Shown here: piece after piece, positions 23,066 through 32,701 of the stretch
Position numbering within the stretch: position 1 is the stretch's first letter
Layout of the letters: each line of letters starts with the position of its first letter
Program-made: the position numbers and the translations under genes
Notes under the pieces: model-generated
What the model was told of the DNA's origin: nothing
Databases searched by the model: none
The model's input: the letters and a program-made list of their open reading frames with translations, nothing else
Source of the DNA: a virus
Lineage: Duplodnaviria; Caudoviricetes
IMG/VR virus record: IMGVR_UViG_3300031473_000004
Coordinates: 1-36,132 of that record
Length of the DNA stretch: 36,132 nt
Reading direction: 5' to 3' (one strand)

Positions 23066-25310
23066 GAAGGCCCTCACGTTCGCGCTGCTCGCGCGCGACC
23101 AGGCGTCGCAGGCGTTCAACAAGGTGGCGACGGCCTCCGACCGGGCCGGGCGGTCAGCGGAGACAGCGGGGCGGCGTGGCGCTGAGTCCGGGCGTGGGTG
23201 GCTTGGGTTGCGCAAGCACGTCCAGGGCGCCGACAAGGACATGTCCCTGGTGTCCCGGACCTCTCTCGGTGCGGGCACGGCGATCCGGGCGATCGGTGTG
23301 GCCGCTGCTGGGATCGGTGTGGTGCACATCCTCGGCGGGTTCATCGCCGACGCCCGGGAGAGCAACAAGATCGGCGCCCTCACCGCGCAGGTCATCAAGA
23401 CGACCGGCGGCGCGGCGAAGATCAGCGCCGGCCAGGTCGGCAGCCTCGCCACCGCAATCAGCAACAAGACCGGCGTGGACGACGAGGCCATCCAGTCCGG
23501 CGCGAACCTTCTCCTGACCTTCACTTCGGTACGCAACGAGGTCGGCAAGGGCAACGACATCTTCAACCGGGCGACGCAGACCGTCACCGACATGAGCGTC
23601 GCGCTCGGCCAGGACACAAAGTCCTCGGCGATCCAGCTCGGCAAGGCCCTCAACGACCCCATCAAGGGCGTGAGTGCCCTGCAGCGGGTCGGGGTCAGCT
23701 TCACGGCGTCGCAGAAGGAGCAGATCAAGACGCTGGTGACGTCGGGGAACACCCTGGGCGCGCAGAAGGTGATCCTCGGGGAGCTGAGCAAGGAGTTCGG
23801 CGGGGCGGCGGCTGCAGCGTCGACACCGATGGACAAGTTGAAGGTGTCGGCCGGGAACCTCGGTGAGGCGGTCGGGAACGTCCTGGTCCCCTACATCGAC
23901 AAGTTCGCCACGTTCCTCGGGCAGCGCGCGGTCCCCGCCGTGCAGGGATTCCTGTCCGGGATGAAGGACGGCACCGGCGCGGGCGGGCGGTTCGCGGAGA
24001 AGGTCGGCGTGGTCCGGGACAAGGCGGTCGCCGCGTTCGGCTACTTCAAGACCGACGTGCTCCCGGTCCTGCGCTCGGTGGCCAGCATGGTCGGTGCAGT
24101 CCTGGTGCCCGCGCTCGGCTTCCTGTCCGGGCATCTCACCTTGGTCGGCGGGGTGGTGGCGACGTTGACCGCCGCGTTCGTCGCCTACCGGGCCGTGATG
24201 GTGACCATGGCGATTGCGCAGGCCGCGTCGCGGTTCTTGCAGCTTGCCCGGGCGGTCGGCGTGATGCGCGCCGTACAGCTGCAGCTCAACCTGGCCATGT
24301 CGCTGAACCCGATCGGGCTTGTGGTGATCGCCGTGGCAGCCTTGGTCGTCGGCTTCATCTACGCCTACAAGCACAGCGAGACGTTCCGCAAGATCGTGCA
24401 GACGGCGATGCTCGGTGCCCGGGTGGCCGTCACGGCGATGGTCCACGCCGCCGTCGCTGCGTTCAACTGGCTCAAGGGCGTGACCGCCTCGGCGTGGGGC
24501 GCGGTACGCGGCATCGTGACCGGTGTAGCCGGGGCGATCCGGACCGTCGTGGTGACGTACTTCAACGTCTATCGCGCCATCATCACGGGGGTCTGGAACG
24601 CGATCCGCTGGGCCACAACCACCGAGTGGAACGCCATCCGGGCGGTGGTCGGCGGAGCCGTCCGGGGTGTGCAGGCCACCATCCGTGGTGTCTCGGCTGT
24701 GGTCGGGGTGGTGCGTAATGCCTTTGGCGCGGCCCGGACGGCAGCCGGTAACGCCCTGGGCGGTCTGGTGCGAACGGTGGCGGGTGTGCCGGACCGGGTG
24801 ATCGGGGTGTTCCGCAACGCTGGGAGTTGGCTGATCAACGCCGGGCGGGACATCGTCGGCGGCCTGATCCGAGGTGTCGAGGACATGATCGGTTCCTTGC
24901 AGTCCCGCTTCTCCTCGATCACGAACCTGATCCCGTCGTGGAAGGGCCCGGCATCCCGGGACGCCTCGCTGCTCCGGCCGAACGCGCACCTGATCATGGG
25001 CGGGCTGATCGGTGGGATCGCGGAGCGGGAGGGCGCGCTCCGGTCGGGGCTGGGTCGGGTAACCGGCATCGTCGCGGGGACCGCGATGCCCGGCTTCGGC
25101 ACCCCGACGGCGGGTGCGCTGGCGGGGATGGCTGCCCGGCAGGCGCAGGGCGCGCTCACGGCCGGTGGCGGGGATGTGCACGTGCACCTGCACTTCGACG
25201 GCGGCGTGCTGTCCGATGACCCGAGGGCGTTCGCGGCGAAGGCTGCCCCGCACATCCGGGAGGCCCTGACCCGCGACGCCCGGCGTAACAACCGGGACCC
25301 CCGGCTGTGA
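23058..25310 (+). CDS. Tape measure protein
   Basis: 750 aa Ala/Gly-rich; QLGKALNDPIKGVSALQRVG; W/F-periodic repeats; position after the chaperones. Confidence 0.92.
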   Translation: MAEKALTFALLARDQASQAFNKVATASDRAGRSAETAGRRGAESGRGWLGLRKHVQGADKDMSLVSRTSLGAGTAIRAIGVAAAGIGVVHILGGFIADARESNKIGALTAQVIKTTGGAAKISAGQVGSLATAISNKTGVDDEAIQSGANLLLTFTSVRNEVGKGNDIFNRATQTVTDMSVALGQDTKSSAIQLGKALNDPIKGVSALQRVGVSFTASQKEQIKTLVTSGNTLGAQKVILGELSKEFGGAAAAASTPMDKLKVSAGNLGEAVGNVLVPYIDKFATFLGQRAVPAVQGFLSGMKDGTGAGGRFAEKVGVVRDKAVAAFGYFKTDVLPVLRSVASMVGAVLVPALGFLSGHLTLVGGVVATLTAAFVAYRAVMVTMAIAQAASRFLQLARAVGVMRAVQLQLNLAMSLNPIGLVVIAVAALVVGFIYAYKHSETFRKIVQTAMLGARVAVTAMVHAAVAAFNWLKGVTASAWGAVRGIVTGVAGAIRTVVVTYFNVYRAIITGVWNAIRWATTTEWNAIRAVVGGAVRGVQATIRGVSAVVGVVRNAFGAARTAAGNALGGLVRTVAGVPDRVIGVFRNAGSWLINAGRDIVGGLIRGVEDMIGSLQSRFSSITNLIPSWKGPASRDASLLRPNAHLIMGGLIGGIAEREGALRSGLGRVTGIVAGTAMPGFGTPTAGALAGMAARQAQGALTAGGGDVHVHLHFDGGVLSDDPRAFAAKAAPHIREALTRDARRNNRDPRL

Positions 25311-27244
25311 GCCGCGCGGTCCTGCCGACCCTGTACGTGGGGATCGCGTTCGGCTACGACGAGACCGACCCCAACCCTGTCTTCACTGACGTCTCGGCGA
25401 TGGTCCTGCCGGGCTGGGACTGCCGGGCCGGCCGGGACCACGAGTCTGACCGGGTGCGGGTCGGGACGTTGACGTTGACCTTCCGGGACCCCGATGGCCG
25501 GTTCAACCCGCTGAACGCCGCCTCGCCGTACTGGCCGAATGTCCGGCCGATGGTGCCGATCCGGGTCACCGAGACTGTCGGCGGGACGACGTATCCGGTG
25601 TTCCGCGGGTTCGTGGAGCGCTGGCCGCCGTTGTGGGCGATGCACGGCCGGTACGGCACGGTGACGGTCACGGCGGTGGACCCGCTGGCGATCCTGGCCG
25701 GCACGGACCTGCGGAACCCGCTGGACACCGAGACATTCGACGACCTCCCGACCTGGCTGTATCCCTTGAACGAGCCGCAGGAGGCCCGTCAGGGCGCTGA
25801 CGCGGTCGCCCCCGGGGTGAACCCGCTGATCGTGGTCCGGGACTCCGCTGGCGGCCCTGGCACGCTCGCGTGGGGGGCGGCGACGACCCTGTCGGAGGCC
25901 CCGACCGGGGTGAGCCTCGACTACGCGACCGGGAGCTACGCGGCGTCGCTGCTGCAGGCTGCCGGGGACGTGCCGTCGGTGTCTGCGGGCGGCCCGTGGT
26001 CGGTCGAGGTGTGGTTCCGGATTGAACCCGGGGCGACGGCCGGCCCGGCGTTGATGTTCCTGACCGACTCCCCGGGGTGGAACAACTACATCTACGTCTA
26101 CCTCAACTCGACGGACCAGCCGATCGCGTACGTCCTGTCCGGGGTTGCCGGTGTCGGAACGGGCAAGGAGGCGACGTCGGTCACCGCGGCCAACCCGATC
26201 ACCCGCAGCGCGTGGCACCACGCCGTCGCCACACTGTCCGCCGACGGCCTGACCTTGTCGCTGCTCGTGGACGGCCAGAGCGCCGGGACTGCTACGGCCG
26301 CCGCCCCGATCGTGCTACTGCCGCTCGTGCTGGGCCAGTTCGGCGGCTACCTGAACCCGTCCGGCTACGCCTCCGGCCAGATGCGCGGTTCGTTGGCGCG
26401 GCTCGCGCAGTACCCGACCGCCCTGTCCGCGGCGCGGGTGCTGGCCCACTACCGGGCCGGGACGCAGAGCTTCTACGGCGACACCTTCGGGGCGCGGGCC
26501 AACCGGCTGCTCGACTACGCGGGCTGGGCCGGCGCGAGGTCTGTGGACGCGGGCAGCTCGCAGATGCTCGGCGCTACCGGCCTGGACGGCACCGACGGCC
26601 TGACCGCGCTGCTGGACAACGCGACGAACGAGGGCGGGGTGTTCTACGCCGACCGGGCCGGCGCGATGGTCGCTGAGGGCCGGGGCGCCCGGTACCTGCG
26701 GACCACCCCGACCCTGACGCTCGGCGACGGCGCGGGCGAGATCCCCTACCAGCAGGGCATCGCCCCGGACTACGACAACACCTACGTCTACACCGACGTG
26801 AGGGCGAGCAGGCCGTACGGGATCACCGCGACGGTCGGGGTCGACGACGGGCTGCCGGTCAAGCGCCGGTTCCGCCGCACCCTGGACCTGACGCTGCGGA
26901 TCACCTCGGACCTGCAGACCCAGGACGCCGCCCGGTTCGCGCTGCTCCGGTACCGCGACCCGCACATGCGGATCGGCCTCGTCACCGTGCAGCTGGCGAC
27001 CCTGCTGCAGGCGGACGTGCAGCGGATGCTGGGGCTCGGCTTGGGGTCGCGGGTGAAGGTGGCGGTCCGGCCGGTCGGGCAGCCCGGCTTCACCGCCGAC
27101 TTCTTCGTGGAGAGCATCGCCCGCAAGACCCAGACCAACAGCGCCCAGGTCGAGCTGGTGCTGAGCCCGACGTTCCTCAACGTGCTGATCCTGGACGACC
27201 CGGTGTATGGCCGGACCGACGCCGACAACGTGCTCGCCTACTAG
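25307..27244 (+). CDS. Minor tail/baseplate protein with LamG (concanavalin-like) domain
   Basis: GTLTLTFRDPDGRFNPLN...; YPLNE...WSVEVWFR...AWHHAVAT...ALSAARVLAHY. Confidence 0.8.
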   Translation: MSRAVLPTLYVGIAFGYDETDPNPVFTDVSAMVLPGWDCRAGRDHESDRVRVGTLTLTFRDPDGRFNPLNAASPYWPNVRPMVPIRVTETVGGTTYPVFRGFVERWPPLWAMHGRYGTVTVTAVDPLAILAGTDLRNPLDTETFDDLPTWLYPLNEPQEARQGADAVAPGVNPLIVVRDSAGGPGTLAWGAATTLSEAPTGVSLDYATGSYAASLLQAAGDVPSVSAGGPWSVEVWFRIEPGATAGPALMFLTDSPGWNNYIYVYLNSTDQPIAYVLSGVAGVGTGKEATSVTAANPITRSAWHHAVATLSADGLTLSLLVDGQSAGTATAAAPIVLLPLVLGQFGGYLNPSGYASGQMRGSLARLAQYPTALSAARVLAHYRAGTQSFYGDTFGARANRLLDYAGWAGARSVDAGSSQMLGATGLDGTDGLTALLDNATNEGGVFYADRAGAMVAEGRGARYLRTTPTLTLGDGAGEIPYQQGIAPDYDNTYVYTDVRASRPYGITATVGVDDGLPVKRRFRRTLDLTLRITSDLQTQDAARFALLRYRDPHMRIGLVTVQLATLLQADVQRMLGLGLGSRVKVAVRPVGQPGFTADFFVESIARKTQTNSAQVELVLSPTFLNVLILDDPVYGRTDADNVLAY

Positions 27245-27258
27245 GACAGGAGGCTCTG

Positions 27259-27708
27259 GTGGCTCTGCCGCTGTTCACCCCCGATGTCCTGACTGCCGCC
27301 AAACTCAACGTGCTCGTCACGGAGTTGAACCGCGCCCCGTCGTCGACCGTGAACGGCGCGTCGACCGGCGCCGCCGGGTACGCCACGGCTACCTCCGTTA
27401 TCGGCCTGGCGGTGGCGGTCGACGCGAACCGGGCGTACAAGGTGTCGGCGTCGGTGTCGTACTACTCGCAGTCCGTCGCTACGGACAGCTTCTTTGTCGC
27501 GTTCCGGGATGGCGGCGTGGAGATTCCGAACGCGAACCTGCTCCTGCGCGCGAACTCGACCACGAACGCGCAGGGGTTCATGCTGTACGCGGACTGGACC
27601 CCCAGTAGTGGTGGGAACCACACCGTGGACCTGGCCTGCACCCGGTCCACCGGAACCGGAACGATCGTGTTCGGTGGCTACCAGCGGCTGCTCCTGGAGC
27701 CGCTCTGA
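27259..27708 (+). CDS. Minor tail protein
   Basis: AGGAGG RBS; FTPDVLTAAKLN N-terminus; beta-rich. Confidence 0.7.
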   Translation: MALPLFTPDVLTAAKLNVLVTELNRAPSSTVNGASTGAAGYATATSVIGLAVAVDANRAYKVSASVSYYSQSVATDSFFVAFRDGGVEIPNANLLLRANSTTNAQGFMLYADWTPSSGGNHTVDLACTRSTGTGTIVFGGYQRLLLEPL

Positions 27709-27803
27709 TGCCGCTGCCCGCAGGTCTGGCGACCACGACGGTGACCGGCCGGCTCACCAACCTCGACGGGACGTCACCTAGCGAGAGCGAGCCGGGCCTG
27801 TGA
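27708..27803 (+). pseudogene. 31-codon stub of a former tail-fibre N-terminus
   Basis: MPLPAGLATTTVTGRLTNLDGTSP... parallels the start of the next gene (VLPADVTYGTVTGAF). Coupled by TGATG and GTGA overlaps. Confidence 0.5.
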
Positions 27804-30091
27804 CCGCGCCTACTACCGTGCTGCCAGCGGACGTCACGTACGGCACGGTCACAGGAGCTTTCATCCTGGCCGTAGGTGACTCGGCGGACGTCGACACCCA
27901 TCCAGACTCAGTGCCGGCGAGCGGAAGCGTCACCTTCACGCCGTCGGCATTGCGGGTGATCGTCTCCGGTATCACGATGCTCCCGCAGCCGATCACGGTT
28001 GACCTCGACGCGAACGGCAGCTTCAGGGTCGAGCTTGTCGCCACCGACGATCCGTTGCTCAACCCGACAGGGTTCACCTACTACGTCTCTTTCCGGTTCG
28101 CGAGCGTCGCGCTGGACGCTTTCAGCATCGCGGTCCCAGGCGGGCAGACCACTGACCTCGCGGCGGTGGCTCCGGTCGGTCCTTCGGGTGGGGTACTAAT
28201 CACCCGTGGCCCTGCCGGCCCTGCCGGTCCTGGGGCCGTCGCTGGTGGCACAACCGGGCAGGCGCTGGTCAAGACCTCAGCCGCCGACAACGCGACCGGG
28301 TGGGGGACCGTCGTCGCACCGTGGCAACCCAACACCCCGGTCGCGGCGGGGCAGCCGGTCATCAACCCGAGCGGCGAACTCGTCGCGGCGCTGGCGGCGC
28401 ATACGACCGGTGCGACGTACACCGCAGCGAACTGGACCACGCCCGCTAGCGGGACTTATGCGGCGTTAGGAACCCTGAAGCAAAGCGGCGCCGTAGGGGA
28501 CGGCGTAGCCGTTGACACCGCCGCGGTCCAAGCCGCGCTCAACCGGGGCTCAGCCATCTTTCGTCGCGGTGACGTGCTCATCACCGAGGGGACCTACCTG
28601 GTTGGACCGTTGCTAGTCCCGGCCGGGAGGCGTCTGGTCTCTGCTGGCGGGATTCTGAAGGCTGCGCCCGGCCTCCCCCTCAACGCGCAGGTAGTCACGC
28701 TGAACGGCGAAGGTGCCGCAGCGATAGGCGTCCGGCTGAACGGCAACGGTGCTAACCAGGCGAGCGGGGTCCTCGGGATCGCCTGGGCAAACGTGGACAA
28801 CATCGAAGTCTCGGGGTGCGAGGTCTGGGCGACGTCGAAGGACGCGATCAGGTCCGGTGGTACCTGCAACAACGTGAAGGTCATCGGCAACCGCGTTCGT
28901 GACCTGACCTCGACCGCCGCCGGCATCAGCCTGCTGCATATCGGCAGCCACCTGGTGGTGAACGACAACACGATCACGACGCCGGTCGCTCAGGCGCTCC
29001 TGATCCACGGCACCGCCGCGACCCCGGTGTACGGCGTGACCGTGAGTGGCAACGTGATCGACGCCCCTGGGCAGATCCCGCTTGAGGTGCTGAACGCGAC
29101 CGGCGTCGACATCACCGCGAATACGATCCTCGCTGGCAACCGCGGCATCACGACCGGCACCATCACCGACTTCTCGATCACCGGTAACACAATGCTCAAT
29201 CAGACACTTTACGCGGTCGAGATAAACGGGAACACCAACGGTGTAGTTGTCGGGAACGTCGCACGCAACTGCGCGGCGCTTGTGCACTTCACGTCCAGCA
29301 CGAAGGGGGGCGACAGCGTAGAAGTACTCGGTAACGTCTACATGGGCTCAGGGCTTACCGCCGCTGTCCCCGGCAACTCGGTAATCAAGGTCATCAAGGG
29401 CAACAACATTCGCGTCGCCGGGAACATCATCAGCGGTCACGAGTTCGTGTCCCCCGTCATCCGCGCCGGGGTCAGCTTCGCCGTCACGGGCTGCGAGATA
29501 GAAGACAACAGCATCACAGTGGACACGCCGAACGCTGGGCTGCAGGCGATCCAGTTGTCGACCGGCACGCAGCTGGTGGCTGCCAACAACCGCGTGAAGG
29601 TGACCAGGGCGCTCGTTGCGGCAGACGACAACATGCGCGTGATCCAGGCAAGCCAGGGCGGGGCGGTGAGCGGCGCGGAGGTGCGCGGCAACTCGGTGAC
29701 CTTTACCGCGTCTGTCGCCGCCGCTCCGGCCGTCGTTGGTGTTGGCACCGGTTTCAGCGCGGTTGGCCCGATGCCTGCCTCCCGCTTCGTCGGGAACACC
29801 GTTGTCGCTGGGGCGGTCGGCTTCCGCGCCGACGTGAATAGCGCCGACTTCGTGTTCGCCGACAACGAGGGGCGCAGCTGTGTCACTGAAGTCAGCAACA
29901 TCGACGCGGCGGTCATGTTCAAGCGCCAGGCCCGCATCTTCAGCGGTGTCGGTGCTCCCACGACCGGTACCCACCTGCGTGGAGACCAGTCGTGGGAGAC
30001 GAACCCCGCTGCCTCGGCAGTGCCGGGCTACGTCTGCGTAACCGGCGGGACGCCCGGAGTCTGGAAGGCAATGGCTGCTCTCGCGGCGTAG
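27800..30091 (+). CDS. Tail fibre/tailspike with right-handed beta-helix (pectate-lyase-like, putative depolymerase)
   Basis: Anchor domain, GPAGPAGPG collagen-like stub, GAVGDGVAVDTAAVQAAL, many V/I-x-G-N beta-helix rungs, C-terminal YVCVTGGTPGVWK. Confidence 0.85.
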   Translation: MTAPTTVLPADVTYGTVTGAFILAVGDSADVDTHPDSVPASGSVTFTPSALRVIVSGITMLPQPITVDLDANGSFRVELVATDDPLLNPTGFTYYVSFRFASVALDAFSIAVPGGQTTDLAAVAPVGPSGGVLITRGPAGPAGPGAVAGGTTGQALVKTSAADNATGWGTVVAPWQPNTPVAAGQPVINPSGELVAALAAHTTGATYTAANWTTPASGTYAALGTLKQSGAVGDGVAVDTAAVQAALNRGSAIFRRGDVLITEGTYLVGPLLVPAGRRLVSAGGILKAAPGLPLNAQVVTLNGEGAAAIGVRLNGNGANQASGVLGIAWANVDNIEVSGCEVWATSKDAIRSGGTCNNVKVIGNRVRDLTSTAAGISLLHIGSHLVVNDNTITTPVAQALLIHGTAATPVYGVTVSGNVIDAPGQIPLEVLNATGVDITANTILAGNRGITTGTITDFSITGNTMLNQTLYAVEINGNTNGVVVGNVARNCAALVHFTSSTKGGDSVEVLGNVYMGSGLTAAVPGNSVIKVIKGNNIRVAGNIISGHEFVSPVIRAGVSFAVTGCEIEDNSITVDTPNAGLQAIQLSTGTQLVAANNRVKVTRALVAADDNMRVIQASQGGAVSGAEVRGNSVTFTASVAAAPAVVGVGTGFSAVGPMPASRFVGNTVVAGAVGFRADVNSADFVFADNEGRSCVTEVSNIDAAVMFKRQARIFSGVGAPTTGTHLRGDQSWETNPAASAVPGYVCVTGGTPGVWKAMAALAA

Positions 30092-30398
30092 CGGGCTCAA
30101 GCAACAGAAGGAGCGCGACGACGAGCGTCACGAACAGAGCGTCAACGGACCGGTTCCGCAAGCTCGCGTCCGTGAGGCACCGGACCAGCAGCGAAGCGAC
30201 CAGGGCCAGCGGAAGGCCGCCCATGCCATGGCTCCTGCGCGCTGCGCCCCACGCCCGGCCGAGGAAGGCCAGCAGCGCAACGAGGGCGAGCAGTCCGCCT
30301 TCGGCCAGCGACTGCAAGAACTGGTTGTGAGCCTGGCCGACGTACCCGAACCCGCCGAGCACGTCTAGGCGGTAGTTCACCCTGCCAGACGCCGCTCG
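30092..30398 (-). pseudogene. C-terminal fragment of an O-antigen ligase/polymerase (WaaL/Wzy_C-like)
   Basis: GQAHNQFLQSLAEGGLLALVALL motif followed by hydrophobic helices. N-terminal portion absent; the frame runs on antisense into the tailspike gene. Confidence 0.7.
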
Positions 30399-30456
30399 CT
30401 AGGGCTGGCTACCGGCCCCCTGCCGTCCTTCCTGACCTGACCGGAGAGGGGACTGC

Positions 30457-30783
30457 GTGCCTGTTCCGCCCGATGCCACCGAGTACATCCTCACCGAGCT
30501 GACCCGCAGGCTCAACGAAGTCGCCTCCCGGCTGGAGGTCGGGATGGGCCGAATGGACAGCACCTTCGTCGACCGGCGCTCGTACGACGCCGACCGCCGC
30601 ACTGACGCTGCCCTCGCTGCTGCTGCCGACGCCGCGCTGCTGGTCACGATCGCGGACCTGACCCGGAGCCGGGACGAGCAGGCCGCCGGGCGCCGCTGGC
30701 TGGTCCGGCTGTCCGTAAGCACGACTCTCGCCGCCGTCGGCAGCGCGGTTGTCGCTCTCGTCCTCGCTGCGAGCGGGCACTGA
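30457..30783 (+). CDS. Membrane protein (coiled coil plus C-terminal TM), lysis region
   Basis: GGAGAGGGG RBS; FVDRRSYDADRR; C-terminal hydrophobic helix. Confidence 0.7.
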   Translation: MPVPPDATEYILTELTRRLNEVASRLEVGMGRMDSTFVDRRSYDADRRTDAALAAAADAALLVTIADLTRSRDEQAAGRRWLVRLSVSTTLAAVGSAVVALVLAASGH

Positions 30784-30971
30784 TGACCGGCCCGGGTGGG
30801 CGGCCGGCGATGTCAGAGGTCTTCGCCCACGTCCACCTGACCCCCGCCGTACTCGAGCTGCTGAAGAACTTGGACGCCCTGACCGGCCGGCTGGAGCTGG
30901 CGGCCGAGTCGTTTGAGGACATCGTCGTTGACCCCGACGACCCCCCCACCGAAGGGCCACGCAGTGACTGA
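30783..30971 (+). CDS. Small acidic hypothetical protein
   Basis: TGATG coupling; fills the gap between neighbours. Confidence 0.5.
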   Translation: MTGPGGRPAMSEVFAHVHLTPAVLELLKNLDALTGRLELAAESFEDIVVDPDDPPTEGPRSD

Positions 30972-31605
30972 CCCGACCGACCGGGCGCAGGCCGACCGGG
31001 ACCAGGCGACGACCGACCGCACGCAGGCGACGACCGACCGCACGCAAGCGACCACGGATCGGACGCAGGCCACCAGCGACCGGGATCAGGCGACCGCCGA
31101 CCGCGAGCAGGCGACGACGGACCGGGATCAGGCCACGTCGGACCGGGGCCGGGTGCGTCGGCAGGTGCAGGCCAGCAATGAGGACGTCGCCCAGCTCGGC
31201 CGCTCCGTCGCCGATCTCGCCCAGTCCGTCGCGGACCTGCACGACCTGATCCTGGACACGATGAGCAAGGCTGAGAAGGCCAACGTCGCGGCCGACCAGG
31301 CCTCCAGCGTGGCAGCGCGGAACCCGTCGCGCCGCACGCTGGGGAGAGTCGCCTCCGCCGTCCTGGCTGTTGCACTGGTCCTCGCCGGCACGGGGGCCTG
31401 GGTGCTGCACCGGCAGCAGGCGCAGGCCTACCGGGCCTGCATGAAGCGCAACGCCGCGCAGGCCGAGACGACCGCCTTCCTGGGCCGGCTCGACGCCGCC
31501 GTCAAAAAGAGCCAGCGCGAAGGCTCGCTCCTCGCCCGCAACCTGGGTTCGCTACTGACCCCGCCGGCCGGACCAGTCGTCACCTGCCGCCGCCCGTCCC
31601 CCTGA
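30964..31605 (+). CDS. Single-pass membrane protein with N-terminal heptad repeats
   Basis: (DRxQATx)7, coiled coil, TM VASAVLAVALVLAGTGAWVL, two distal Cys. Confidence 0.75.
   Translation: MTDPTDRAQADRDQATTDRTQATTDRTQATTDRTQATSDRDQATADREQATTDRDQATSDRGRVRRQVQASNEDVAQLGRSVADLAQSVADLHDLILDTMSKAEKANVAADQASSVAARNPSRRTLGRVASAVLAVALVLAGTGAWVLHRQQAQAYRACMKRNAAQAETTAFLGRLDAAVKKSQREGSLLARNLGSLLTPPAGPVVTCRRPSP
30994..31146 (+). repeat. Seven degenerate 21-bp tandem repeats
   Basis: Units start at 30994, 31015, 31036, 31057, 31078, 31099 and 31120 (e.g. GACCGGGACCAGGCGACGACC). Confidence 0.9.
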
Positions 31606-31621
31606 CCACCCGCACCCCCGT

Positions 31622-31638
31622 CCCGCCTGTCCGGCGGG
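31622..31638 (+). terminator. Short GC hairpin before the endolysin
   Basis: CCCGCC-TGTCC-GGCGGG in the intergenic gap; weak U-tract. Confidence 0.35.
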
Positions 31639-31664
31639 CGTTCGCCATGCCCGGAAGGACTCCC

Positions 31665-32510
31665 ATGAGCATCTACATCGGACCGCCGGCACACTCCAGC
31701 GGCAATGGCAACGTCCCGCCGTTCGCCCAGACCATCCACGCCACCGCCCCCGGCCTGGGCTACCCCAGCGCCTCCCGGCCAGGACGGGCAGTGGAGACAG
31801 CGCACTACTTCCAGTCCCCCTCCTCCGGTGGCAGCGCGCACGTCGTCTGCGACATCGCCGAGAGCGTGCGGTGCGCCTCAGACGACCTGGTGTGCTGGCA
31901 CGCGCCACCCAACCGCCGCACCCTGGGCTACGAGATCTGCGCGGAGGCCAACTACACCCGCGAGCAGTGGCTCAGCCCGCAGGTGTGGCCGGCGGTCGCC
32001 CGGGTCGCCGCCGAGGTCAAGGCTGACGCCGCCAAGTACGGCATCCCGATCCACCGCTGCACCGTCGCTGAGGTCGCCGCCAACCGCGGCGGGCAGCGCG
32101 GCCACGTCGACGTCAGCCAAGCGTTCCACCAGAGCGACCACACCGACCCCGGCCCGAACTTCCCGTGGGACCGCTTCATGCCCCTGCTCCAGGCCGGCCC
32201 GGCGCCCGCGCACCCGACGGCGCCCGCAGACGGCACCGCTCCGGCCTTCCCGCTCCCGGCCGGCCACTTCTTCTGGCTCCCCAGGGCCGACCCGAGGGTG
32301 CACTCCGGCTTCACGGCCGACGACCGCAACCGGCTGTGGCACTGGCAGACGCAGATGGTCCGCCGCGGTTGGAAGGTCAACGTCGACGGGCGGTTCACCG
32401 ACACGACGCTGTCCGTGATGCGCGCCTTCCAGGGCGAGAAGCGCATCACGGGTGAGAGCGTGCTCGGGCCGCGTACCTGGGCTGCGGCCTGGACGGCGGC
32501 ACTCTCGTGA
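31665..32510 (+). CDS. Endolysin: N-acetylmuramoyl-L-alanine amidase (Amidase_2) plus peptidoglycan-binding domain
   Basis: TIHAT, SAHVV, CWHAPPN...LGYEIC, GHVDV...DHTDPGPNFPWD; C-terminal VDGRFTDTTLSVMRAFQ...LGPRTW. Confidence 0.92.
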   Translation: MSIYIGPPAHSSGNGNVPPFAQTIHATAPGLGYPSASRPGRAVETAHYFQSPSSGGSAHVVCDIAESVRCASDDLVCWHAPPNRRTLGYEICAEANYTREQWLSPQVWPAVARVAAEVKADAAKYGIPIHRCTVAEVAANRGGQRGHVDVSQAFHQSDHTDPGPNFPWDRFMPLLQAGPAPAHPTAPADGTAPAFPLPAGHFFWLPRADPRVHSGFTADDRNRLWHWQTQMVRRGWKVNVDGRFTDTTLSVMRAFQGEKRITGESVLGPRTWAAAWTAALS

Positions 32511-32701
32511 CCGAGCAGCGCGCCCTCAACCTGCTCGTCGTCGCCTGCACCGTCGTCTGCACCGTCCCGACCGTCCTCGGCCTGCTTGATCGGTGGCGGG
32601 CCGCGCACCCCACGACGGTGCCGCTGCACGCGGTCGGCACGCCGCCCGGGCAGGTCCTGCCCTCGGCGTGGCTCCGCGAGATCTACGACGACCTCCGGTG
32701 A
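32507..32701 (+). CDS. Small membrane protein
   Basis: LNLLVVACTVVCTVPTVLGLL; GTGA overlaps at both ends. Confidence 0.6.
   Translation: MTEQRALNLLVVACTVVCTVPTVLGLLDRWRAAHPTTVPLHAVGTPPGQVLPSAWLREIYDDLR

Noticed and set aside
13720-25253. Long minus-strand ORFs (e.g. 13720-15144, 15250-16644, 23154-25253)
   Set aside because: Antisense shadows of real high-GC genes, with no motifs.
27800-30091. Diversity-generating retroelement or invertible tail-fibre cassette
   Set aside because: No reverse transcriptase, invertase or template repeat seen in the window.
30994-31146. CRISPR array
   Set aside because: Contiguous in-frame 21-bp coding repeats with no spacers and no cas genes.
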